Source: Paraspadella gotoi (lineage: Eukaryota; Animalia; Chaetognatha). From it: a stretch of 64,000 nt of DNA. The stretch covers positions 20,231,021-20,295,020 of the forward strand of contig CM119270.1 in NCBI GenBank assembly GCA_051294375.1. Reading direction: 5' to 3'. The translations under genes were made by a program, and so were the position numbers. Below the pieces are notes generated by a model. That model did not search any database and was not told where the DNA came from. It was given only the letters and a program-made list of their open reading frames with translations. Positions 29,106-41,731 of this stretch are shown here, piece after piece; the first letter of the stretch is position 1; each line of letters begins with the position of its first letter.

Positions 29106-32100
29106 GTTTTTTCGGAGTTGATTCATTTGATTTATTGACATTTTTATTTAATTACTTAATACCTATTCTTTAACGACTCTATCGACTTCTCGTACTCCAA
29201 TGATTCTGATATATCACAGATCCATTTTACATTATTTTCAAATATGGCCCATTTTGTTTTCACAATGTCCCTCCACTTTGGACGATAACTTTTCATCATA
29301 GGTCTTCAATCAAGATTTAAACGAAATCGTTGGCGATTTTTTTTCGACTCTTTTCTTTTTCGATTTGAATTCAATTCTAACATTTTCGATGTACTACAAC
29401 ATGGTACTTTCCCTCCTTGGACGTATATGGGCTTTTTATGGGGAGTTTGGGAGAGCTGGTTCTCGCCTTGCCCGCCTTTTTGGATTTGGCCGAACGCACG
29501 TTGCTTGCTGTGGACGAGGGCATCGTCGACGACCCCGATGTTGTAGTTGTGAAGTCGTCGCTTTTAAATGTCAATTCACTTGATTCTCTTTCACTTCCTT
29601 TGTATTTGCATTTTCTATTATTAATATTCGAAGATATTTTCTTTACATTTCATCTACTTTTTTCATTCACTTTTTCTCGAATCTTTGCATGCGGCAATAT
29701 CCGGCGATTTCTCTTTTCTCGCCGGATCTCTTTCTGGCATTTCCGCCTCCGCAACGACGGCTCTCGTCGGCGGCGTCCATTTTCTCGGCGATGTCGCCTT
29801 CTCCATTTCCGCCGGTGGCGTCCGCGCTCTTACTTCCTCCTCGAGATTTCGGCCAAATCGACTCCGGCCTAGTCTCGCGGAGGGCGTCTTTTTTTGTGGC
29901 GCCATCTCCGGGCGCCTCTTTCGTCTTCAAATCATCGAAGAGTGGTGGGAGAACGACGCCGAAGACCGCCGACCGCGCGACGACGACGATTCCTGACGAG
30001 CGTCTCGATCCGGAAGTCGACCTCGTCGATGGAAGACGAAGATTTAGTGAGAAAGGTTTGACTTGGAGTCGTCGCAACACCTTCATTACTTTTTGTGGAG
30101 ACGCTTCAAGAGTTTCTCTCTCCGAATTCTCTTGGAATTTCTCAACATCAACAACATCATTCACTACATCAGCTTCTACAATTCTATCCTCAACAACAGC
30201 AGCGACTCCTCTGGCGATCCTTCCACCGCTGGAGGTCCGTCACCCTTTCCGCCGTTGGCACCGCGACTTGGCGCGAGGAGAACTGGCGCCGCGCTTCGCG
30301 GTTCGGAGTCGGCGACTTTCGCGGCCGGCGGCTTTGGAATCACAAAAACTCTGTGGTCGGGGAGACGACTTGGATTTCTTGCCATCTAAAAAATCTCGTA
30401 GCGGCGTCGCTCTATGGAGAGGGCGACAAAACCGGCCGTTCTTTCTCTCGGCGTCGTTCCCGGGGCGGCGTCGCTTCGGAGATGGGCAAAACCGGCGTTC
30501 CCTTCTCTCGGCCGTCGTTTCTCGAAGCGGCGTCGCTCTAGGAGAGGGCGACAAAACCCGCGTTTCTTTCCTCGCGGAGTCGTTTCTCGAGGCGGCGTCG
30601 CTCTCGGAGATGGCGCCAAAAACGGCGTTCTTTCTCTCGGCAGTCGTTTTCTCTTCGCGGCGTTGACCGCGCGTCCTTTGCCAGGGTCGATCGTACTCTT
30701 CTCTCTTTGCGCGAAGAGATTCTCGTCACGCCGGATGCTTTGACGATTAATGAATTGCGGCGTCGTACTCTTTGGATGCTTGTCTAGAGATGCTTGAAAG
30801 GCGTCGACTCTTTGATGCTTGTCTGGAGATGCTTGAAGGCGTCGACTCCTTGGATGCTTGGACGAATAGATGGTTGGCGGCGTTGACTCCTCGAGGCACC
30901 TGACCGCCGTCATTAGAGCCTTTGGGCGGACGACTTTTGACTCGGAGTATATTTTTTTTGAGCGCCAACTTGAGTTGTGGTTTTTTGATGCCGGAGATGA
31001 TCTGGGCGGACGTTTCGACGCCGGGAGAAGCTTCCCTTTGGACTGTCGCTTGGCGAGTCCCTCGATAGCAACGTCCACATTTTCGATTGTCTCCAATGTG
31101 GTCACTTTGTTCTTCCTTAAGGGGGTTTGGCTTTTCTGCTTTTCTGCCTTTTTGGATTTGGCCGAAGCACGTATGCTGCTGGTGGACGACGGCCGTCGTT
31201 CGACACATCGATGGCTGAAGGACGCTCCTCGTTGTTCATTCGATGATCATGTCATGCGACGGGCCGTTGTTGTTTGTTGTTGCAAGTCGTCGCTTTAAGG
31301 TCATTGACTTCTTCTCTTTGATGAAGATGGTTGGCGGCGTTGACTCTTTGGAGGCACTCGACGCCGTCATTTGAGCCTTCGGCGACGAACTTTTGAACTC
31401 CGGAGATATTTTTTTGAGCTCCCCTTGAGTCGGGTCAAGGTTTTGGATGCCGGAGATGATCTGGGCGACGTTTCGACGCCGGGAGAATCTTCTTGAACCC
31501 CGTCGGGAGCGCCTTTGATGAGCAGGAGACGATTTTAGGCAAGGCCTCTTTCGCGAATCGGCGAAGTCTCTTGATAGGCAGCTGCTCGCGGGCGACAGAG
31601 ATCTTTTATCCTTCGGCGTCAATAAATCACCCCGACCTGGCGCTTCGGCCGAGAGTTCGCCTATCGCCCGAGACGCCGTGGCATCGATCGACGCCACCAG
31701 GCCGCGCCGCCCGCCAAGGCCGAGACGACGCCTTCGGCATGGGAGACGTTCTGGAGGCGGCGTTGGAAGATGGCGTCGTCGTCGTCGTCTTTGTCACAGG
31801 CGAAGATTTCGGCGTCTTGGGTCCGGGAATTCGGCTTTCGGGCGGTCAAGGAAGCCGGCGCGCCGGCCAACCGCCCGAGAGGAGATTGGCGCGGAGAGAC
31901 TGTCGGCGTTTTGTTTCGCGCGGTTTTGAAGTCGGCGGCGCCGTCGCGTGAAGATTTTGGAGAAGCGGAATGATGGTGGAGTGGAAGGCGATGGTTTAAA
32001 TCATCAAGTCACAATGGAGGGGGACGTTGTTTCCACTGATGTGGTGGATGTTGGTTTCAAATAATGTGGTCGATGTTGTTCCTTGACATGTAGAGATGGT

Positions 32101-33080
32101 CTCGAATAGATTCCATTGAATGTCATTTCTTGATGCCACTGATGAAAATTCCTGATCTTTTCATTTCAGACGAAGTTGTCGGTCTTCTGTTTCCTGAGCA
32201 ATTATTTCTGATAGACTACTAGTGATTGATCCGTTTTTCTCTGTCCGTCACATAGACTCTGATGACATCATTTCTGATGAGACTAACGAAGTATCCATTT
32301 CATTAGATGTTATATCTGTATCGATTTCTTCTGCAGGCTGAAGTCAACGATCCTGATGCAATTAAGTTTTTTCAAAACTCGATCGAGATCATTTCTCTCC
32401 CTCAGACCCAATTTCTGTTCCTTTAAGACTGACATTGATGCAATTTCCTCCCTCTGACCCCCAATTTTCTGTTTCCTTAGAACCTGACCATTGATTCAAT
32501 TCTCCTCTAAACCAATTTCTGTTTCCTTTAGACCTGACGTGATTCTGTGATTCCACCGTCGCTCAAATGAAGTTCAATTGTCGATCTAATTTCTGGCTCC
32601 TTTAACCATTGATGTCTCATCCATAAAAACATCGACGTCAATCTGTTCCGCAATCGGCAATGACGTCACGTGACTACTTTTTTGACATCAATTCCGGCAC
32701 TTTCTTCTCCGGCGATGATGTCACATTTCACGGATCTTCCGCGCCGGTGGTGCTCATTGCTGGTCTCGTTGAACGCTCGTTTTCGGCCGCGTTTTCCATC
32801 AGCGTCGGTTTTTTCAGCACTTTCGAAACATCGTTTCCGCTGCTGTTCCACCCGAGCGTTTTTCTCGCATTTTCCGACATCGTTTCCCTGGAACCTCGCC
32901 TCCATATGTATCGGCTGAAATTCCTCCATCGGCGCCGATTTTTAACCGGCGAGGATTTCGGCGGTCAATTTAACTTTCCACGAACTTTTCCTTGATTCAT
33001 TCGTCGTCGTCGTCGTCGTGTCGTCGTCTTTTTCGTCTTCCTTCGTCGTCGTCTTTTTCGCCGCCTTCTCCCTCGCCCCC
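29106..33080 (-). repeat. Inverted noisy copy of giant-exon segment ~45030-48960, forming a ~8 kb fold-back with copy B
   Basis: Minus-strand ORFs give MTTLETIENVDVAIEGLAK, MNDVVDVE..SERET and MEEFQPIHME, all matching the 2541-aa ORF. The turn-around lies at ~29066-29105. Confidence 0.9.
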
Positions 33081-33470
33081 TCATTGTGTGTGATCTTGGC
33101 TACGATTATATGAGGCCTCTTTTCCTGGAGTCGCATGTATGTAAAGTATGTATGATATTAACGGTAAAAAAAATAAAAATTTCAACTTTTATTTCGCAAA
33201 ATTCCAGNNNNNNNNNNATATTTGAAGTTGACTCCGTACTCGATTTTATAAGTAAAACTAATATGTAAATTAGGTTTGAATGGAGGCTTTTGAAATAAAC
33301 AAATGATCAGTGATAATAAATATCATTCTTAACTCTTCCGTCAGAGAATGATCACATTGTGTGTGATCTTGGCTACGATTATATGAGGCCTCTTTGCCTG
33401 GAGTCGCATGTATGTAAAGTATGTATGATATTAACTGTAAAAAAANNNNNNNNNNNNNNNNNNNNNNNNN

Positions 33471-34620
33471 ACATAAATAACCCCCCCCCCAAAAAAAAAA
33501 AATCAACGTTTTAAGTTGTATTAATAAAAATAATTCCAGATACCATGAAACGACCGGTGTTTTTTTTTACCGCACGAATGTCACTGCTGGCAACGTCATT
33601 TGATTACCGGCTTTTGCTGTAAAAATCCTTCTACGTGTTAATACCCCAAGCATTAGCCATTTAGCCACCCATGCATAGGTCGAAGGGGGATAGTAGGATC
33701 TTAAATGGGTTCTTTGGGGAAAAAGATTTAGGTGCATGATGGTTGAAAGAGACTAAATCCGGTTTTGCATAGATTTGTTTCAATTTGTTTTGATAATTTT
33801 ATCTGAAATTGTTTCTTTAATCCACGTGCGACGAATTCTGTATATGAACTTCAGTTCAACTTCGTCAATGTAAATTTAGTTGTAATTAACTCTCTCTCTT
33901 CTCTCTCCCAAGTGAGTTATTTCCGTTAATTCAAAAACGTCTCTTTCACTCTCTCTCTCTCTTTCTCCCGTCGACCTGCCAAATAATTTTTCGTTAACTT
34001 CAACTTTTTTCACGTTTTCTTTGTTTTTTTCAAAATTAGAATTTCTAAGAATGTCGCCGATTGTTTCTTTTCTTTTTTGAAAAGGATGAAGTTTTGTCTT
34101 TTTTCATCGCCAGATGTCGTCATTTTGGCGGGAAAACAAGTCGGTTGAATTTAAGAAATTATTTGGGCTTGTCTGTTTCCCTGTCCTGTCGTCTCTCTTG
34201 CATTTAAATATCTTATGAAATGTTATAGTAATATTTAAAGTTGAATATACTCATTTTTTTTAGTCAAGTGATCATCAGAAATATTTGCAGTTGACTCCGT
34301 ACTCGATTTTATAAGTAAGTAAGTTAAGTAAGTAAAACTAATATGTAAATTAGGTTTGAATGGAGGCTTTTGAAATAAACAAATGATCAGTGATAATGAA
34401 TATCATTCTCAACTCTTCCGTCAAGAATGATCACATTGTGTGTGATCTTGGCTACGATTATATGAGGCCTCTTTTCCTGGAGTCGCATGTATGTAAAGTA
34501 TGTATGATATTAACGGTTAAAAAAAATAAAAATTTCAACTTTTATTTCGCAAAATTCCCAGATTGAATTTCCTAATGCCACATTTATTGTTCTGAGACCA
34601 AACTCTCTCTCTCTCTCTCA

Positions 34621-34668
<48 letters not shown>

Positions 34669-35058
34669 TCTCTCACTCTCTCTCTCTCTCTCTCACTGTC
34701 GTCGATTGTAAACAAATAATGAGGCCGACAAAAGCTTTTTGGAATTCTCTCACAGTCGACATCGTTGTTGTTGTTCTTAATACAAACATTATGATCTAAA
34801 TAGTTTATGAATATGATATTATTGACATGATTATGATATGAATTTCTCAGACGGACAATCATTCAGAAAGTTCTTTGTCACAATCTATCACAAAATTAGT
34901 ATAATATTTCTGTAAAGGGCTATTGCCGCTGTTAGTTGAAGTATAAGAACAGGACTCGAACCCTTAACCTACTGGGCGAAAAACGATAATCTCAACGATT
35001 GATCTACACCTGAGTCTCCGTCGTCGTCGTTGTCGTCGTTGTCGTCGTCGTCGTTGTT

Positions 35059-35111
<53 letters not shown>

Positions 35112-36287
35112 CGTGAACTGCAACGAAGAAAATCTTTTGCGAATCGTGATTTCAAACCGAAGTTTACTCAGAGGAAAAAAAAAAGATTTGAAAACGGAAT
35201 TTTAAAAACGAAAAAAAAATGGAATTAAATAAATTGAAAAAAAAAAACAAACAAAAAAAAACATTGGATTTTCTTTGATGGAAAAAATTAATTCGACTCA
35301 AGATTCAATCACACGTATTCCCTTTTAATATTCTTTTCTTCACAATTCAATACAAGTTGTATTCACATCTAATCTCAACGGAATAATGCAATGCAAACTT
35401 TTTTTTTTTAACTAAATTTTTTAGAACAATGTATACAAAAAAGGACCATATTTCGCGAAAGGGCCTCATTTCAACTTGAATTTAAAATTAAATTTGTCTT
35501 CAGGTATAAAGATTAGGTTATGGTTCGGGATTTGCTAAGAGATAAGGTTAGGGATCACGGTCAGGGTTACGGAATAGGCTTAGAGATTTGAAATTGGAAG
35601 AAGCCTAATATAAAAGTCTCAAATATTTGGTTTAAAGCAAGGGATTAGGTACAGAAATTGAGCGCTTTCGTAAAATAGTGCCAGAAAAAGTTATATTAAG
35701 TAAAACGCTTGCAACTTTCTTTCATTTATCTCTCCAATTTGTTGTGTCGAGAATCTCTGAAAGTTTGATTTGGAATTAACTCGAAAATTCGGGAGAAAAG
35801 AAAGACAGTGAGTCGGGACCCTGTCCCTCGTTTTAAGACGCCCACATAGTTGAAAAGAAGCTCAACATGGAAATTAAATTAAGCGAAAAAATAAAAAAAA
35901 ATACTTTAAAAGTTTAATCAACAATGATTAAGACGGAGAAATTTATTTTGTCGCCACGGACCGACGGAGAATAACGAAAGGCTAATTATTCTTTCAATCG
36001 TCAAATCGTCAGCTCGCTTTTCCGGTTTATTAAAGAAAAACCGTTTTAAATCATTACTTTAATACAGTTTGTTTAGTAGAAGTAGTTCGTTGAACCTGTT
36101 ATCTTAAGAGATTAACCTTATTAGGTAACTTTTCGGATGTATACTTTTTAATTCATATCGTTTTCGATAACTGGGAAATGAAAGAATTAATAAATTAAAC
36201 AGGGAATCTATGAAAGAATATATTATTGAAGAGGTTTTTAAACTCAAAGCTTTATACTTGAGTATCTGTCTAGCAAAAAAAAAAGAC

Positions 36288-36331
<44 letters not shown>

Positions 36332-37909
36332 GCGATTCCTTCTAGAAATCTCCCAAGTTAATCAATTCAAAATTCTTATTGAACTTCCGCCATCTCGAAA
36401 CAGAGCAAAACAATGAAAAAAAAACTTAAATAGAGAGAGAGATGCGGCGCCCGTAAAACTGAAATAGAGACAGAGAGATGAGGTTGCCACGACTTCCAAG
36501 GCTTATCAATTCCTTCATCGAACTTCGGAGGAAAAAGTCAAGTTTCTTCTTCTTGAGGAGAAAATCCTTCGAAGCCTTGAAACGTCTCGTCAAACTGAAC
36601 CTCCCTACTTCACCTTGTCTCACCTGGCGACAGATTTAACTCACCTAGGCAACAAAAACTGGTACACCCTCAACCTGGCTTGGCTCTACTCGAGCGGGAA
36701 TCGGTCCTGGATGGGCCTGCCAACCTCACCAAGCTGGCCGCCTTTTTACACGCGAATTGATCCGTGCGACGCGTGGTCCGTCATACGGATGGAAAACGGG
36801 GACTCGTGGTTTAGCGGGAATTCGATGCGCGACTACAGGAAAGACGCGCGCAATTTGAAAGTGAACGGGTCTATCAATAATCTGACATTTTTAGATAAAA
36901 ACGGGCAGAACGAATGGATGGAATGAATGAATTAATGAATGATTACAACTCGGATGAATGATTAAAGGGGTAAATGAAAAACTGTTGCCATAAAATTGCC
37001 TCGTCAAGTCTTTTCTTTTGAATGTTCTTGTTTTTCCTGGTTGTTAAGTTCCGTCACGAGATACATTTATTTATTTTCGGTCAATCTTTAATCTTTAATC
37101 ATTTCGTTAATAAAATTCAATTCAAACTAATGAGTTGTTTAAAGCGCATTTAACTTTTGAATATCACTTTCTGAATATCGCTCTTTTGAATTCCGTGACA
37201 AATGACAAAGAGTAAACTGATTAGACAAAAAAATGAAACAAACGTGATTGATTATTCATCCTTTAAATTTTCGTCAACTTTCTCGATTTTTCTTTTCCTT
37301 CATTTGTCTCGTGAACTTTTTTTTAATTTCTTTTTTTTTCGCAAACAGTCACCTAACACGGGCGAAGGACAAAGGCGAGTCGAAATGGAAAAAAACAGAA
37401 ATTAAAAAAATAACAAGAACGGTAATTCCAATGTGTTGCGCCGCAGTAACTTTATTATCACGTGTATTTCCCTTTGATCACATGATGTGATATGACATAA
37501 CTAAAAAACATTCTGTACCCATGTATTTATGACATGCACTGCATCAAATTTCAATCTTTTATTACTTATAGTTTAAGGAATTCCTGAAGGCGGCGCTAGC
37601 AGACCCCTAGATTTGAGGTTTTTTTCTGTCTTAACAAATGAGCAACCAACTATAGGCAAATTTTTTGCATTTTTAATGTTAAGTGGGACAGACTGACGGA
37701 CAGACATATCGAAGGGCCAACCGACTGATAGACCGACCGACCGAAAAGTGACTTATAGAGTTGCTCCGTCAGTACTCGCGGCGAAACTAAAAAAGAAACG
37801 TAATTGAAAATAAAGAGCGAACGAAAAAAAGGAGAAAAAAAAATTAACCTCCCTAATTGAATTAAAGGAAGAAAGGAGAAAGTATCAGAATCTCGGGGAA
37901 CATTCTCTC

Positions 37910-37973
<64 letters not shown>

Positions 37974-39050
37974 ATCTCTTTTTTGTTCTTACACTTTCTA
38001 CACACTCTCATACAAACATATTTTTTTAAAGACAGGAAACCTCAATATTTTCGCCTTTTGTTATTCAAACTTTAAAACTATATACTTAAAAAAATCCTTG
38101 ATCATTAGTTTTAAATATTTCTAATTTTTCTTCTTCACTACTGAATATTGATATTTTTTTTTCAGCGTAGACCAATTATTACAAACTAAGTGCGACAAGT
38201 TAATTAACGGAAAAATGTTTAGGAAGAATGAAATTTAAAAACTAAAAAAGCGTTAACAATCAAAAATTCATTCCCGCTCGAAATAATACATTCCGAAAGC
38301 GAAACAAAGACCAAAGAACAAAAAACAAAAAATATTATCATCATTCGTCAAAACGAAATCGACATTCCCTAAAAGCTATTCAAATTCACAGTATAATCGC
38401 CGCAACGCAGTATAATTACTGTGCCATCGACGTATCTCATCAACATCAAAGTATAATCGCCGCATCTTAATGTAATTACAGCATCATCGACGCATCTCAT
38501 TATCATCAATTCATCAAAGTATAAACGGTCCCCATCGCAGTATCATTCTGGCATTTTTCGGGCAATCGCTTGTCTCCCCCTTCTTCAGTATGGCGTCGGA
38601 TCTGCCTCCCAAAGCTGGTGAGAAGATAACATTATATCATACTATTGTTATTTTTATGTTATGATATTGTGTTATAATAGTGTTATTATGTTATTGTTAC
38701 ATTTTAATTAAAATATGAATTTTTTATTAACTTTTAAAGTTAATAGTTTCGCTTTATATATTTATTTTTATTTTTTTATTTTTTTATTTATTTATTTATT
38801 TATATTTTCACAGAATGGAGCACCGCCATCGAAAACGCCATCGCCGGGTACGAATCTCTCTCCGGTGGCAGCCGTCCCGGCAGCCGCCTGGACAGCCGAC
38901 CCAGCAGTCGACCCGGCAGCCGCCTTGACGACGCCGCCGACGCTAGACCGGCGTCACCGTCGCACCGACAGCGACACAAATCCGAGGCGCTCCTCGATAA
39001 AATCGCCGCCTTTGAAAAGAAGGAGGCCGAGGCGCCTTCCTCCGCCAGTG
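33471..39050 (+). repeat. Copy C of the gene's 5' region (intron sequence, mini-exon 38590-38617, start of giant exon 38814-39050)
   Basis: Colinear with ~18778-24428. In this copy the giant-exon start is open without frameshift: EWSTAIENAIAGYESLSGGSRPGSRLDSRPSSRPGSRLDDAADARPASPSHRQRHKSEALLDKIAAFEKKEAEAPSSAS. Confidence 0.88.
35443..35682 (+). mobile_element. MITE-like element, same family as 10407-10730
   Basis: ggaccatatttcgcgaaagggc ... gcgctttcgtaaaatagtgcc imperfect TIRs around ggttag-rich interior. Confidence 0.6.
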
Positions 39051-39966
39051 NNNNNNNNNNNNNNNNNNNNNNNNNGCCTTGAGCACAGCGGAGGTCGAAT
39101 CGTCCTCCATCACGATTCAAAGAGGGCTCGGGGCTTTGATGTTATATTGCCTCTCTAATATATAGTGAACCAGTTTGGTCATGGGACAGCACGAGACAGT
39201 CGGTCTCTCTAAAAACAGATGGCCAGAAGATTGCCGAATGCTCAAGGCAATAGCCGACAAAAAGTGACCACGGGCGTCACGGTAGGGCTTTAATGTGCTG
39301 TTTAAACCGATCTGAGAGAGACTTTCCAGTCTCGCCCACGTATGCTGCTGAGCAGGTTTGGTTTCCCTTGCCTGCACAGGCCGCCCAGTAGACGGCTCCT
39401 GAGGTGTTCGGTCTGGGAATTTTATCTTTCGGTTTCACCAAATGCTCACGTAAAGAGCCGCGGGCCGTCACTGAAGTGGAGATTCCCTGCTTTGCTAGCA
39501 CCCGCACCAATGGTTCAGTGAATCCCCTGGTGGTAGGGGAGGGACAAGTGGCCCACGTTCTTGAGACGCTTCTGCTTATCTCCCATTTGATTCCGTCGAC
39601 CCCCGAGCTCCAGGCCGCCGAGCTTGAGCATATCAAAAGAGCCCTGGCGCTCAATGGTTTACCCTCTGTGGGCCTTACGAGAAGGCAAGGTTTTCGGCCG
39701 AACCAGGCTGAGGGCAGTGGCCAGCAAGGGGCTGCCCAAGTAACCGCTGACGCAAGTTCAACCTCCGCCCCCCAGGAGGACGAACGAGGCCTTGCTGCTG
39801 AAGGACCAACCGCGCCCACCACAGCGCAAATGGGAGATAAGCAGAAGCGTCTCAAGAACGTGGGCCACTTGTCCCTCCCCTACCACCAGGGGATCACTGA
39901 ACCATTTGGTGCGGGTGCTAGCAAAGCAGGGAATCTCCACTTCAGTGACGGCCCGCGGCTCTTTAC

Positions 39967-40695
39967 GTGAGCATTTTGGTGAAACCGAAAGATAAAATTC
40001 CCAGACCGAACACCTCAGGAGCCGTCTACTGGGCGGCCTGTGCAGGCAAGGGAAACCAAACCTGCTCAGCAGCATACGTGGGCGAGACTGGAAAGTCTCT
40101 CTCAGATCGGTTTAAACAGCACATAAAGCCCTACCGTGACGCCCGTGGTCACTTTTTGTCGGCTATTGCCGAGCATTCGGCATCTTCTGGCCATCTGTTT
40201 AGAGAGACCGACTGTCTCGTGCTGTCCCATGACCAAAACTGGTTCACTAGAGGTATTAGAGAGGCAATATACATCAAAGCCCTCGAGCCCTCTCTGAATC
40301 GTGATGGAGGACGATTCGACCTCCCTCCAAGCTATGATTCGCTTATCAAAATGGAGGTGGAACGCCCAACACCACCCCAACCGCACGGTGATTCCCCTGT
40401 CCCTACTCAACGGGTCAGGCGGAGGCCTCTCGGCAGGCAATGGACGCCCGATACCTCTCCTGAGCCAACAGCAACTCGGTGCGAATCTCCTCGCACCGAG
40501 CGTCGCCCAAAACGACAGCTGCAGGAGGAAGGGGAGGAATCTGTATCTCCTGCACCCAAACAGGCCAGAACAGATAATCGCCCGCCTCGTCGTCAGGCGA
40601 GAGGAGGGCCTTCGGCAGGTTTATCAGGCCAGAGGGATATTAGAATAGCGTTGGGAATTATGCTCAGCCTACAACAATACTCTCTCAACCTATGA
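39967..40695 (+). CDS. C-terminal part of Penelope ORF: GIY-YIG endonuclease plus ~110-aa basic/Pro-rich extension (upstream part 39587-39970 broken by frameshifts)
   Basis: GAVYWAAC....C.AAYVGETGKSLSDRFKQH...SAIAEHSASSGH...RGIREAIYIKALEPSLNRDGG matches the PLE GIY-YIG pattern, including the C-C-H-H residues and the E-A-I-Y-I...LNRD-G end. Confidence 0.9.
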   Translation: MSILVKPKDKIPRPNTSGAVYWAACAGKGNQTCSAAYVGETGKSLSDRFKQHIKPYRDARGHFLSAIAEHSASSGHLFRETDCLVLSHDQNWFTRGIREAIYIKALEPSLNRDGGRFDLPPSYDSLIKMEVERPTPPQPHGDSPVPTQRVRRRPLGRQWTPDTSPEPTATRCESPRTERRPKRQLQEEGEESVSPAPKQARTDNRPPRRQARGGPSAGLSGQRDIRIALGIMLSLQQYSLNL

Positions 40696-41184
40696 CAAGC
40701 CAATGACCCGATCCTATCGCTAACGTCCTACATTTTCCAAGCCGGGGGGGGCCAGCTCTTTTTTGAGCTCTTTCTTTATCTTTATTTCACTAACATCTTC
40801 ACTTAACTATCCCTAACAACTTATTTTCCCTTTCATATTTCATTCTTAATAGTTAAACTAAGTTATTAATTGATTGTTACTACTAGATTAACATTAAGTT
40901 TGTCCATTTTACTTTGTTGTACATTACCAAATGTAACTATTTTCTCTGCTCTGTTATTCTCTCTCTCTCTCTCCCTCAATTTTTTCACCCTTCAAAAAAA
41001 AAAAATTTCAACCAATTTATCTTCTTCCTTGCTCTTACTTTCACCTGTCCTCACATCTGACCACTGTCCTTTCTCAATTCTTTGTTGGAATCTCCCTCTT
41101 TTTATCTCTCTCTCTATTTCTCTCTCTCTCTCTCTCTCTTCTCTAAAAACTGCACATTAAAGAGAAAAATTGTTGATTAGGTCC

Positions 41185-41230
41185 AGATGCTGATGAAGAC
41201 TCTCAACCACAGAGTCGAAACATGTCCTAT
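41185..41230 (+). ncRNA. Minimal type I hammerhead ribozyme in the Penelope 3' region (pLTR)
   Basis: CTGATGA (41190-96), extra A, stem II GACTCT/AGAGTC with 7-nt loop, GAAA (41217-20), palindromic stem III ACATGT, GTC cleavage triplet (41224-26). Stem I pairing is weak in this consensus. Confidence 0.8.
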
Positions 41231-41731
41231 GAAATAAAAAATTCGTTGTTTGAATTTTAAAAAATCTGTTATTCCTTAAATCATAAACACAACGAAAAAG
41301 AAAGAATCATAACAACAAATACAGTTTGTTTAGTAGAAGTAGTCGTTGAACCTGTATCTTAAGAGATTAACTTATTAGGTAACTTTTCGGATGTATACTT
41401 TTTAATTCATATCGTTTTCGATAACTGGGAAATGAAAGAATTAATAAATTAAACAGGGAATCTATGAAAGAATATATTATTGAAGAGGTTTTTAAACTCA
41501 AAAGCTTTATACTTAGTATCTGTCTAGCAAAAAAAAAGACAGACAAGAAGGAAGGAAAAGAAGGAAGAGAGGGAGAGAAGAGAGAGAGAGAGGAGAGATG
41601 AGAGAGAGAGAGAGAGATTGGCGATTCCTTCTAGAAATCTCCCAAGTTAATCAATTCAAAATTCTTATTGAACTTCCGCCATCTCAAAACAGAGCAAAAC
41701 AATGAAAAAAAAAACTTAAATAGAGAGAGAG

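Larger units (their letters stand above)
39076..41317 (+). mobile_element. Penelope-like retroelement (EN+, Poseidon-like), 5'-truncated with an inverted 5' segment; left end lost in gap
   Basis: End of RT/thumb region (LIPSTPELQAAELEHIKRALALNG, from ~39587), linker (LSLPYHQGITE; LVKPKDKIP), GIY-YIG domain, and 3' region with hammerhead motif. 39090-39589 is the reverse complement of 39827-40324. Host intron sequence resumes at 41318. Confidence 0.9.

Noticed and set aside
24172-33136. Dense overlapping ORFs on both strands resembling a compact operon or gene family
   Set aside because: They are frameshifted fragments of the single giant exon in two noisy copies (forward and inverted).
39967-40350. 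GIY-YIG ORF as a homing endonuclease, UvrC or Slx1
   Set aside because: The RT-thumb and linker upstream, C-C-H-H residues, LNRD-G end, inverted 5' segment and hammerhead all point to a Penelope-like element.
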